A stretch of DNA of 64,000 bases from a virus (Duplodnaviria; Heunggongvirae; Uroviricota; Caudoviricetes). Below, in pieces: positions 37,313 through 46,691 of the stretch. The notes beneath the pieces were generated by a model. That model was not told the DNA's origin. It searched no databases and worked only from the letters and a program-made list of their open reading frames with translations. The stretch lies in the IMG/VR virus record IMGVR_UViG_3300035703_000003. One strand, 5' to 3'. How positions within the stretch are numbered: the stretch's first letter is position 1; each line of letters opens with the position of its first letter. The translations under genes were made by a program, and so were the position numbers.

Positions 37313-38436
37313 ATAGTTACAACCTCTAACGGAGGAAACCCATTAAATGCAACCGAACTGTATGTTGTTGTATATGCTCCGCAGTTCAACACAATAAATC
37401 TGTCACCTGATGCCAAGTCAGTTGGCAGCTCTACTTTGTTTTTCTCGTAAAGCACATCGGCACTATCACATGTAGGGCCAGCTAAAATACATGGTGCAGT
37501 ATCGTTAGCATCAGTATCTGGAGTTAAAAACTGATACTTAATAGCTTCTTGTTCTGTTTCTGCAAGTCCGTGAAACTTACCAATATTCAGATATACCCAA
37601 CGAACTGGATCATCATCATGCTTACGACTTACAAGCAATACTTCTGCAGCAATTGCACCGGCATTTCCTACTAGTCCACGCCCTGGTTCTGCCATAATGT
37701 ATTCTACATCACCGAATCGTTCTTTAACTGCATCGATGATGCTAGATCCATACTCTTCTGGCTCGGTAATGTCAACACCGTAGTATGCAGGAAAGCCACC
37801 ACCAATGTTTAACAGTGTAAGGTTAAATCCTTCTTCCTTTGCATTATTCCAAATGCCACTTACAAAATCCAAGATGTCATACCACATATGGGGATGTCTA
37901 GTTTGACTACCTACGTGAAAGCTAACACCGACTGGCTCTAGTCCTGCTTCTTTTGCAGTATGCATTAGTGGAATAACCATACTGCTACTACAACCGAATT
38001 TGCGACTTAGTGGCCATTCTGCTTCTGTGCTGCGAATAAGAATACGAATGAATACTTTACTGCCAGGTGCATATTTTGCAACTTTTTGTATTTCTTCTTC
38101 AGCATCGACTGAGAATAGTGTAATGCCTTTTTCGTGTGCAGAAACAACATCTTGCCAGCGTTTTACAGTATTGCCAAAACTAATGTGTTCAGGTTTTGCA
38201 CCTGCTTTCAAACACATATCAATTTCACCAATACTAGCTGCATCGAATCTACAGCCTAGTTTGACTAGTTTTTTTAAAATTTTAGGATGCGGGTTTGCTT
38301 TAACTGCATAATGAATATGAGCTTCTGGCATACCTGCTTTAAGCCGAACATAGTTTTCTTCTACTTGATCTACATCTAATACAAGTGTAGGACGTTCGAA
38401 TTCTTTTTTGTTAATGTGTTTAATGATCTTATTCAA
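37309..38436 (-). CDS. Type III PLP ornithine/lysine decarboxylase
   Basis: YAVKAN, FDAAS, KFG, SFHVGSQ, NIGGGF, EPGR, GPTCDS, GAY. Confidence 0.92.
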   Translation of the reverse strand: MNKIIKHINKKEFERPTLVLDVDQVEENYVRLKAGMPEAHIHYAVKANPHPKILKKLVKLGCRFDAASIGEIDMCLKAGAKPEHISFGNTVKRWQDVVSAHEKGITLFSVDAEEEIQKVAKYAPGSKVFIRILIRSTEAEWPLSRKFGCSSSMVIPLMHTAKEAGLEPVGVSFHVGSQTRHPHMWYDILDFVSGIWNNAKEEGFNLTLLNIGGGFPAYYGVDITEPEEYGSSIIDAVKERFGDVEYIMAEPGRGLVGNAGAIAAEVLLVSRKHDDDPVRWVYLNIGKFHGLAETEQEAIKYQFLTPDTDANDTAPCILAGPTCDSADVLYEKNKVELPTDLASGDRFIVLNCGAYTTTYSSVAFNGFPPLEVVTI

Positions 38437-38941
38437 TTACAGTGTCTCCTACGTAATCATCCCAATCAGTATAAACTTTGCGTTGTTGTAGTTGATGCAA
38501 GCTATGACACCACACACCTTGGTTACTGTGACCCCATGTAGTATCGTCTAGTTTAAGTGTAGCATTATAATTGAAATGCCTAATGTATGGCAACTTAACA
38601 CTAATCATACTGATAAAGGTGTTATACTCGTCGTATCCGGATTCTAGCACACCTTCTGCATATTTAACATCAAAGTCTAAGGTGCACCAATAACCTTCTT
38701 TTAGTAGAGGTTTAATCATATCTTCCCATGCCAAATATGCGCCAGGATGTTCGGGATTAAAACTTTGGCTTGTGCCAAAATATAGATGTTTAATATTATG
38801 TGCATCAGCCCGTTGCTTGATTTCTTCCCACGGTTCGATGCCAACTACGAACAATGTTTTTTGATTATACATTGCAGTGTGTTCAACTTCTGTGCCGATA
38901 AAATACACTACGTCTTGACGTTCTTCTGTGTTTAATCCCAT
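38429..38941 (-). CDS. Hypothetical protein in the modification operon
   Basis: Intact and coupled; G.EVEHT, TLFVVG, N.GVWCH. Confidence 0.7.
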   Translation of the reverse strand: MGLNTEERQDVVYFIGTEVEHTAMYNQKTLFVVGIEPWEEIKQRADAHNIKHLYFGTSQSFNPEHPGAYLAWEDMIKPLLKEGYWCTLDFDVKYAEGVLESGYDEYNTFISMISVKLPYIRHFNYNATLKLDDTTWGHSNQGVWCHSLHQLQQRKVYTDWDDYVGDTVIE

Positions 38942-39846
38942 TTGATATAACCTCTATTATAGCCTGCCAGACGATTCACTGCATCAGCAAAGGCTTGTTT
39001 CCATTCTGTGTTTCTATTATAGCCACAAGTCCACGTATTGTCTACATTTAATTTACCAGACTCGATGTGTGTTACTGCTAGTTTCATCGACGGTAAGAAC
39101 TTCTCGCTTCTCGGACTAGGGAAACACATAGTAACATTTTTCCAAAGCCAATTACCAAACGTAGTTGTATAAGCAGATAGTTTTTCTGCAGCCATAATAA
39201 TCAATGCGTTTTCGGCAACATTTGCTTGTTGTAGTGTGTTATGTTCACTTAGGTCAATGATAACATCATATTCACAATCTGCAGGCTTGTGTAGCAACAA
39301 ATGCCAATACTTGATGTTACTGCTACCTACAACATCTATATCAAAGTGTAAATCTAAGTTTGATAGTGTTTGATGAACTACTTTAGCTAGAAAGCCTGTG
39401 CCAATAATGCATAGCCGTCCGCCATCACGTTTTTTAAATTCGTCTAAACTGTTTAAAATAATATTAACACCACATGCAACTGGTTCGATAATGTATTTAG
39501 GATCTAATTCTGGAACAGTTACATATGTTCCTTTCCTTGCAACATAATAGTCTGCATACGCAGGTTCACCACGTGTAGCTACATACTCGCCTGTTGCAAC
39601 ATTAATACCCAGACCTTCGTGACCATGCATACTTGCAGGTAACAGTTGAAAGTCACCTTGCATCATTGCAATGTCACTACGACACACACCTGTCATTGCT
39701 GCTTTGACAAGTATATCGCCGTCGTTTATTTCTGGTATAACATATGTGCTTTCGTAAAAAGCACCATTACCATCCGTTACTAATGCTCGGACAGTGCTTC
39801 CAACTGTTGGTGAATCCATAAATCCATATCCTTTTGTTGTTGCCAA
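38932..39846 (-). CDS. Zn-dependent (MDR) alcohol/polyol dehydrogenase-like protein
   Basis: GVCRSD, GHEG.G, EPVAC, IIGTG. True start may be near 39819. Confidence 0.8.
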   Translation of the reverse strand: MATTKGYGFMDSPTVGSTVRALVTDGNGAFYESTYVIPEINDGDILVKAAMTGVCRSDIAMMQGDFQLLPASMHGHEGLGINVATGEYVATRGEPAYADYYVARKGTYVTVPELDPKYIIEPVACGVNIILNSLDEFKKRDGGRLCIIGTGFLAKVVHQTLSNLDLHFDIDVVGSSNIKYWHLLLHKPADCEYDVIIDLSEHNTLQQANVAENALIIMAAEKLSAYTTTFGNWLWKNVTMCFPSPRSEKFLPSMKLAVTHIESGKLNVDNTWTCGYNRNTEWKQAFADAVNRLAGYNRGYIKWD

Positions 39847-40643
39847 AACTCTTCGTTATTTTCGTTATCAAGTGCAGTTTGAATCATAGATTGATATGCT
39901 TCTTCTGGACATAGACCTAGTTCAAATGTTTTGTCATCTACGTGTATTGCGATATCATCGCCATTCATACTGCGCCAGTCTGCAACACAATTGTATTTTT
40001 CATTATATTGCAACATGCAGTAGTCGTCAACGTTATAAATTCCTTTTGGATCTACTTCGCCATAACCGCTATCGGCAACACTATCTAGGGTCCATCTTTG
40101 CTCTAGTTTACGATCAGTAACAGTGCTATCTTTCCAATCAGGATTTAGCATTTGATATAAACTTAGCATGTGTGGCATCAAGTCTCTGCTTACTCCACCA
40201 AATGCAGAATGTTTTGCAGTAAACCAACTACCTGGCTTTGGTATTCTATTATTGTTAATCCAATGAAAATTAATAACAGATGCATCGGTAGCTGCATCTT
40301 GCATTTCTTTGATGTTGCTACGATATTGATTGTTTTTAGTCATCATAATCCTAGTTTTAGAATTATCCTTTAGCAAATCTTCCCAATGGGACGATGTTGC
40401 TACACCAGGTTTTTCTACAAACACAAACTTAGATACTTTTGCTGCCTTGTCTGACAATACGTAATGTGAATAGTTTGGGGTGCAAATATGAACAGTATCG
40501 TATCTATCTTTGACGTCGTCAAAAGTTTTATAGTTTGCTTCTTTGTTGAATGGGTCAAGATATTCAATACCCCAACCCATATTTTTGTATATATTTCCGT
40601 ATAGAACTTTACCAAAGCCCATACCTACAATAAGTGTTTTCAT
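39780..40643 (-). CDS. Gfo/Idh/MocA NAD(P)-dependent oxidoreductase
   Basis: VGMGFG, ICTPN..H, VEKP, GGVSRDLMPH. Confidence 0.85.
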   Translation of the reverse strand: MKTLIVGMGFGKVLYGNIYKNMGWGIEYLDPFNKEANYKTFDDVKDRYDTVHICTPNYSHYVLSDKAAKVSKFVFVEKPGVATSSHWEDLLKDNSKTRIMMTKNNQYRSNIKEMQDAATDASVINFHWINNNRIPKPGSWFTAKHSAFGGVSRDLMPHMLSLYQMLNPDWKDSTVTDRKLEQRWTLDSVADSGYGEVDPKGIYNVDDYCMLQYNEKYNCVADWRSMNGDDIAIHVDDKTFELGLCPEEAYQSMIQTALDNENNEEFWQQQKDMDLWIHQQLEALSEH

Positions 40644-40646
40644 TTC

Positions 40647-42116
40647 TTACTCAAATAATGCGTTAAATTGTGCGCTACTGTTGACAGTTTTCTTACCAAC
40701 AGCACCTCTAGTTCCAACAACTTTCATCCATAGACGTTCGTGACTATCTACAAATGCTAGTGCTTCGTCACGATTCTCGAACTCAAAAGCTCGTGCAATA
40801 ACATCTTTAACTTCAGTTCTATCAAACTGTTCATCTACTAGCATGTTAGGATAAGTGCCGCCATCGTATGCACGATTTGCTGCTTGAACACTGTTAATAT
40901 GCGTATACACATTGTGATTCATCATAAGTGAATATGCAAAGCTATCCCAACTTGTTTTAGTTGACACACCCATACGATTTAAGTCTGTTGGATTATAGTG
41001 ACATATATCGTTAACTTTCAAACCATTAGTTATAGGTGTAGGCATCCAATCCGGATAAATTTTAGTTAGCAAGTCGTTATAAGGACTAGTATCAGTTGCT
41101 AAACCTTTGTCGTCTGGAGCATCGTTCATCATATAACTCCACTTGCCACCTTGCTCTAGACGATGACCTGTGTATACTTGACCATTAGCTGTGCATAAGA
41201 ATGGACTTGCACAATCGAATGTAATAGTAAAGTTTTCGTTATAGTTTTTACGAACTGCTCGCTGTATTGCAGTAAGCACCAATGCCCATTCTAGTTTACT
41301 TGTTCCGAGGAAGTGCATAAAGTCATGCACACCTTTTTCTAGCAAACCATCATGTATAAGTGTTATTACACGCTTAAGTGCAAGATGGATATCACACATA
41401 TTTTGTCCACCCATTGCCCAACCATTAAAGTGAGCATCTGGATATTTTTTAGGATCGCAATATTCCTTAACTTGACTATACCAGTCGTCTGCTTGTGCGA
41501 AGTTTTCGCCTTGCAATACGTTTAGGAATTTACAATTACCGTTACGATTTCTGATAAAGTAATCGTTATTAATACGTGTTCCATCAACAGCTTCTTGATA
41601 GCTGCTAATCTTACTTGCCTTAGCACCTTCCGGGCTACGGCTTACCCACGCAGGAATATCTAAGATCATACCATAGTCCATAAAGGCGTCCATCCATTCT
41701 AGAACGCCTTTACGCTTTTTCATTGCATTTGGGCAAGCAGGATCTTTCCAATCTCCTTCCCATACACCTTTACCAATTTGGAACCCTCCACTGTCTCCTA
41801 AGATCCAGCTAGTGTTTTTGTTTCGATCACGATACATGTCCTCACGAAACATATCTTTAGTAAGGTCTAGACTAGCATGACCTGCACTATGTAGACTCCA
41901 CTTGTATTGCCATAGGCCTTGAGGATCTAGCCAGTTTAGGCTTTCCACTCCGTTAGGCATACTTGCAGGGATTCGTGCAGGATCAATATATGGATTGCCT
42001 TCAATTAATCCACGACGCTGTCTCCCTACAAACAGCGCATAGAATGTGCTAAGTGCAGGGAGAAATATAGCGTAATCGTTTTGTGTTGAAGTTAAGTCAG
42101 TGTTTAGTTCATTCAT
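40647..42116 (-). CDS. dpdA: TGT-superfamily transglycosylase, DpdA-like
   Basis: GDSGGFQ, MILDIP, NVLQG, GWAMGG, HFLG, TFDCAS; same operon as folE and the DpdL-like gene. Confidence 0.75.
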   Translation of the reverse strand: MNELNTDLTSTQNDYAIFLPALSTFYALFVGRQRRGLIEGNPYIDPARIPASMPNGVESLNWLDPQGLWQYKWSLHSAGHASLDLTKDMFREDMYRDRNKNTSWILGDSGGFQIGKGVWEGDWKDPACPNAMKKRKGVLEWMDAFMDYGMILDIPAWVSRSPEGAKASKISSYQEAVDGTRINNDYFIRNRNGNCKFLNVLQGENFAQADDWYSQVKEYCDPKKYPDAHFNGWAMGGQNMCDIHLALKRVITLIHDGLLEKGVHDFMHFLGTSKLEWALVLTAIQRAVRKNYNENFTITFDCASPFLCTANGQVYTGHRLEQGGKWSYMMNDAPDDKGLATDTSPYNDLLTKIYPDWMPTPITNGLKVNDICHYNPTDLNRMGVSTKTSWDSFAYSLMMNHNVYTHINSVQAANRAYDGGTYPNMLVDEQFDRTEVKDVIARAFEFENRDEALAFVDSHERLWMKVVGTRGAVGKKTVNSSAQFNALFE

Positions 42117-42118
42117 TA

Positions 42119-42850
42119 TTATTTGCTTTGAGCAGGTAGGATATATTCGTATACCGCAAGACCGTTATCTACGGTAATCATAGCTGCACCCATATCGCTA
42201 AACTGCATAGTGATATTTCCACTTAGTGATAGAATGCTCAATACTTCAACAATCGGATATTTCCATCCTTGCTTTAGTTCACCTGTAACGCTAGCTTGGA
42301 ATACAAAGTTACCAGTGTGACCGCTGTCGTCGCCGAAGTAAAACTTAAGATCACTACCTTCAGTCTTAGCAACGAATACAACTTCTTCACCGTTAGCTTG
42401 TGACTGGAATTTGAAGCGTTGTGTGCTAGCACTGCTTGGCTCTAGTGTAACATTCCAGTTTGCACCTTTAAAGCGAACACTTGCTAGTTTTTCTTCCATT
42501 AGTTCTTTTTGCATAAAGCGGAAGTCGTTCTTAAAGTCGCCTGTTGCATTTTCAAAGTGCATACCGAATGGTTCTTTTTCACCATTACGATCACGAGTAG
42601 TGACAGAGATCTTAGCATTTTCTTTGTATTCCGGAATGTTAAGAATAACGTTTAGTTTACTAAGATTAGGAAGACCAAATGTTCCTTCTAGACCTGGAAT
42701 TGGCTTTTTGTATCTTGCACGGACAACAACCTTATTGTCGTCATCCTTTGCTTCGACTGTAGTTGTTTCATCATTTGTGATTACTTTAACTGCTTCAATA
42801 TTGCTAACACCTTTTGTGTGTTTAACGATATCAAGTAGATAGTCTCTCAT
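42119..42850 (-). CDS. DNA sliding clamp-like protein (gp45-like)
   Basis: 243 aa, near the polymerase, beta/alpha repeat character, C-terminal YILPA. Confidence 0.6.
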   Translation of the reverse strand: MRDYLLDIVKHTKGVSNIEAVKVITNDETTTVEAKDDDNKVVVRARYKKPIPGLEGTFGLPNLSKLNVILNIPEYKENAKISVTTRDRNGEKEPFGMHFENATGDFKNDFRFMQKELMEEKLASVRFKGANWNVTLEPSSASTQRFKFQSQANGEEVVFVAKTEGSDLKFYFGDDSGHTGNFVFQASVTGELKQGWKYPIVEVLSILSLSGNITMQFSDMGAAMITVDNGLAVYEYILPAQSK

Positions 42851-43083
42851 GTGTTTGTCCTCTTTATAAGTTTAACTTTGTAGCTGCCTAGTGTGCGTTC
42901 TAATGTAAATTCACGCACCTTTGTATTTAGACGAAGCCATTCTTCGATTTCGTCTTTTATAGCGCCTTGTCCGCAAATAACTCTACAATATGTATAATTT
43001 CCATAATAACATTCATTTATGAAATTAGCAATCTTTTTCCATGCTTCATGTATATGAAAACCATGTAAATCTATAGTAGGCAT
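42847..43083 (-). CDS. Stand-alone Smr-domain protein
   Basis: IDLHG...A.....FI...VICGQG.IK....WL...GS. Confidence 0.8.
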   Translation of the reverse strand: MPTIDLHGFHIHEAWKKIANFINECYYGNYTYCRVICGQGAIKDEIEEWLRLNTKVREFTLERTLGSYKVKLIKRTNT

Positions 43084-43084
43084 C

Positions 43085-43633
43085 TTAGAAACGAATGTTG
43101 AACTGCGCTCTGCGGTTAATTCTCCAGCAACCTTCATTAGAATCAATGCATATCGGTCTTTCTTTGCCGTATGACAACACACCGATGCGATCAGCGACAA
43201 CACCGTTGTTTACTAAAATTTGCTTAACTGATTCTGCTCTGTCTTTGCCCAGACCTAAGTTATATTCTCTTGTTCCACGCTCGTCTGCATAACCTTCGAT
43301 AATTACTGTTGCACTTGCGTTCTTCTGCAAGAATTCAATGACTGGGGTTAAGTTAGCAACTTCTTCTGCTGATAGTGTATTGCTATTAGAGTCAAAGTAA
43401 ACTGCAAAATTGTTTAGATTTGCTGCTTCGACCATAGCACTAAGTTCGGCTACTTGCTGCTCTAACGTTTTGATTTGGGTTTGCAGATCGCCGTCGGTCT
43501 TAGACAATTGCGTAACAGCATCGGTAATCTGATCGTTTACATATGCTTTGATATCTTCTTGTGTTGTAGTTGTTTGTGCAGATGCTACTGATGCTCCTAG
43601 TAGTAGTGCTGCAATTATACTAAGTTTTTTCAT
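43085..43633 (-). CDS. Secreted coiled-coil plus Pal/OmpA-C peptidoglycan-binding protein
   Basis: Signal peptide; VYFD, IEGYADERGTREYNLGLG..RA, SYGKERP, NRRA. Confidence 0.88.
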   Translation of the reverse strand: MKKLSIIAALLLGASVASAQTTTTQEDIKAYVNDQITDAVTQLSKTDGDLQTQIKTLEQQVAELSAMVEAANLNNFAVYFDSNSNTLSAEEVANLTPVIEFLQKNASATVIIEGYADERGTREYNLGLGKDRAESVKQILVNNGVVADRIGVLSYGKERPICIDSNEGCWRINRRAQFNIRF

Positions 43634-43648
43634 ATTTCAATCCTTTTA

Positions 43649-46348
43649 TTATCCGAAGTCAAACAAACTTTCGAAAGTAGTTTTATCTTCAGCCTTACTT
43701 AAATCCCAGCCCATAACACCTAGCAAGTTTTCAATCTTTTGTGTAATGATGCCTTCTTCCATTTCGTCTATATCAAATGGTAGTTCTTTAAACCATTCAG
43801 CTAAACGACCTTCGTCGGTCGGATAACCTATGCTTGTAAATCCCATTGGATTTGCTTTTAGTTTACAAACAATAGTTTTCATACCGTCCATAATTTCAAT
43901 GCTATACTTGTCGCCGTTTAATCTACGCAAACGGTTATAGTTGATTGCTGCACGGACATGACCTGGCATGTTAAATTTGCCTTTGTAAATTTCATTGCCT
44001 GTATGCGGATCTGTCATAAACTCTTGGCTGTAGTAATAAGTTAACTTGTTAACACGCTTAGGAGTTCCTTTAAGCCACGGAGGCATTGCTCTGAACTCTT
44101 GACGGAAATCAATGATACGATCAATGATATCGCTTTCCTTTGTGCCAGTTAGTGTTTTGAGCAGTAACTCACTTAAGAAGTCTTGCATAAACGCAGGCGT
44201 GTCACTTCGCTTAAGATCGAGACCCATAGCTTTAATTTTACCAGGCTTATCGTTTTGATCTTCTCTGTGACCTTCCGAATCATATACAAGAATAGCGTAG
44301 CGTTTTTTAGTAATGAAAATGCCTGCACTAGCACATACTTCACGACCTGCAGCAATAATTTTGCCTTGGTCTGGATTTATTACATTGTGTGCAGTTCTCA
44401 TGTAATCAGGGAATGTTGTATTTGCTTCGTTTGATACTGTGTCATACAACTCAGTTACTTTTTCTTTATTCCATTCAAACTCGCCCGATTCAATTTGCTT
44501 TTTGAATACCGGATAAGCACTAAAGTATACAGAGTCAGTATCCCCGTATATAATAGAATCGCCCTTATGGTCATATGCTCCGGTAAACAATTCGTTTACT
44601 TTTGCTGCCATGTGTCGTGCAATACAACGTCCTGTAAGTGTTGTAGATTGACCTAATCGTCCGTCGTTAAATCTTGATCCAGGATTGAGAACAGCGCCGT
44701 ATAGTGAGTTAAGGTTAATCTTCTTAACTAGCTGTCGTTTGTCCCAAAATGCAAATTGTTCGTCGTCTACACCTTTGAACTCTTTTGCTTTTTTCTGCAA
44801 CTGTTTACGTTCGCTATACCAGCGTTCTAGCAGTCCAGGAATAATACCTTTACGATCTTGTGTAACAATTGTCCCGTTAGCTGTTAACACCCAATTTTGA
44901 TCTCCATTGAAGATAATGTCGTATATTTCTGCTCCGGTTGCAGGTAGTTCTTCGCCATTTTCAAAATCAATATACAATAAGACTTCGTTGTCTTTCTCCA
45001 TCACAAGTTCGTATTCAGGACAAGCAAATCTGCCTTCCCATGCTTTTGCAACTTCCCAGTCGTGTTCTTGTAACAGCTTAACAGTAAGTGTGTGCCGCAA
45101 TTGACCAACAATAGTTTCTGTTGACATGTTAGTGCTACGCAAGATACTAGGATACAGCGAGTTTAAGTCCATTGAACCAATCCACTCGTGATAACCTTTA
45201 ACAGGAGTAGCAACATACGCACCTGCTGCAGTTACCGCCTGTGGATAACCTTTTTGAACTTTGTTATGTTCCTTGTCGGGAACAATGTAGCCACGCTGGT
45301 GTGCTTCGTTTACAATTGCTTGGTCGGTAACCGCAACTGCACCCATCGTAGTTTGAATAAGAACCGTATTATCGTGTGCAATAACGTTAGCTAAGTCAAT
45401 GAACTGTAGCTTTTTGTCTAGCTTAACTAATAGTTCAACGTCTTGCCTGTTATAGTCAATAAACGTAAAGAAGTCGTTGTTGTATAGTTGATCTAGTGTG
45501 CCTTCGTATGCAATTTTACGTTCGTTAAGTTCGTATTCACCGATTGCATCTAATGAATAGCTGTGCATTTCATGATACGTATACTTGCGATACAGTTGCA
45601 TATAGTCCAAATGTATTCTGCCAAGTGTATCAAACGTTTCCTGCATTTTACCAAAACGCTCAAACTCTCTGCGCTTAGGATATTGATGCCATAAACAAAA
45701 ACGACGAGTATGCTCTTTACCAAGAACTCTTGCTACACGATTAACGATATATGGAATGTCGAAGCCTTCCGAGTTCCAGCCTGTTAAAACGTCTGCATCT
45801 TCGACTAAGTTAAGAAATGTATCTAGCAGTTCTTCTTCATTTTCCATTAGTAGAGTGTCGTCAAACTTTTCTACAATTGTTTGTGCGTCTGCTCTACTAA
45901 GTGTTTTTGGTTTGCATACAAGACATATAGTCTTTTTAATCCAGTTTAAATGAACAGCAATAGCAGTGATCGGATTAAATGGATCACTAGGATCAGCAAA
46001 GCCTTTATCTTTATCAAAGTCAACTTCAATGTCGAAAAACGCAATGTTTAGCTTTGGCGGTTCTTTGCCTAGATAGTTTTCTTCAAAACAACGAAAAACA
46101 GGATTAATGTCACTTTCGTATAGTTTCTGGCCGCTATATAGTTTCTTTTCTTTTTGAAATGCTTTGTTACTAGATGTGATAACACGATCTAGTTTTTCGC
46201 CAAAGATACTTTCAAATTTACCACGACTATCCTTGTAATAGAAAATATAACGGGCAGGGTATTCTCTATAATCCCTGCGACCGTTATTTCTTTCAACAAC
46301 ATGGATTATGTCACGATCCCTATCGAATAGGGCGTCCACATATGACAT
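43649..46348 (-). CDS. Family B DNA polymerase (gp43-like)
   Basis: Exo FDIE, GWN..GFD, YN..DV; Pol DLNSLYPS, K..LNSLYG, YGDTDS, KKRY. Confidence 0.97.
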   Translation of the reverse strand: MSYVDALFDRDRDIIHVVERNNGRRDYREYPARYIFYYKDSRGKFESIFGEKLDRVITSSNKAFQKEKKLYSGQKLYESDINPVFRCFEENYLGKEPPKLNIAFFDIEVDFDKDKGFADPSDPFNPITAIAVHLNWIKKTICLVCKPKTLSRADAQTIVEKFDDTLLMENEEELLDTFLNLVEDADVLTGWNSEGFDIPYIVNRVARVLGKEHTRRFCLWHQYPKRREFERFGKMQETFDTLGRIHLDYMQLYRKYTYHEMHSYSLDAIGEYELNERKIAYEGTLDQLYNNDFFTFIDYNRQDVELLVKLDKKLQFIDLANVIAHDNTVLIQTTMGAVAVTDQAIVNEAHQRGYIVPDKEHNKVQKGYPQAVTAAGAYVATPVKGYHEWIGSMDLNSLYPSILRSTNMSTETIVGQLRHTLTVKLLQEHDWEVAKAWEGRFACPEYELVMEKDNEVLLYIDFENGEELPATGAEIYDIIFNGDQNWVLTANGTIVTQDRKGIIPGLLERWYSERKQLQKKAKEFKGVDDEQFAFWDKRQLVKKINLNSLYGAVLNPGSRFNDGRLGQSTTLTGRCIARHMAAKVNELFTGAYDHKGDSIIYGDTDSVYFSAYPVFKKQIESGEFEWNKEKVTELYDTVSNEANTTFPDYMRTAHNVINPDQGKIIAAGREVCASAGIFITKKRYAILVYDSEGHREDQNDKPGKIKAMGLDLKRSDTPAFMQDFLSELLLKTLTGTKESDIIDRIIDFRQEFRAMPPWLKGTPKRVNKLTYYYSQEFMTDPHTGNEIYKGKFNMPGHVRAAINYNRLRRLNGDKYSIEIMDGMKTIVCKLKANPMGFTSIGYPTDEGRLAEWFKELPFDIDEMEEGIITQKIENLLGVMGWDLSKAEDKTTFESLFDFG

Positions 46349-46369
46349 TATTATTCCTTAAAGTGTGAA

Positions 46370-46633
46370 TTATTCAGTTGCACGACCAACTGCATGAAGC
46401 ACTTCTTCTACTTCATTAAAACCGTCTTTGACTTTTGCAAATTCGTTTTTGTAAGCAATTTTGATTGCTTTATTGATAACTGCAGGCTTAAGGTCTAGTT
46501 CTTCTGAAATAGCCTTAACAGTATCCGACAACCCGCCACGTAGTGTTTCGAGCTCTGCCGTTACTTGGATACCTTCTTGGATGATTTGTTTAAGTTTTGT
46601 AATTTCGCTTTCGCTAAATGATCTGGTAGGCAT
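46370..46633 (-). CDS. T4 DsbA-like dsDNA-binding protein
   Basis: 87 aa helical protein with D.VK.I.EE....P..I.K.IKI.YK pattern. Confidence 0.55.
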   Translation of the reverse strand: MPTRSFSESEITKLKQIIQEGIQVTAELETLRGGLSDTVKAISEELDLKPAVINKAIKIAYKNEFAKVKDGFNEVEEVLHAVGRATE

Positions 46634-46662
46634 GATGACTCCTTTAACCTTGTATATCCTAC

Positions 46663-46691
46663 AATATATGTTATATTTGCACGGTTGTCAA
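46663..46691 (-). promoter_or_regulatory. Sigma70-type promoter for the dsbA-pol operon
   Basis: TTGACA-17-TATATT. Confidence 0.6.

Noticed and set aside
43649-46348. Intron or intein in the polymerase (also checked thyA)
   Set aside because: Both are continuous ORFs of ordinary length with motifs in the normal order.
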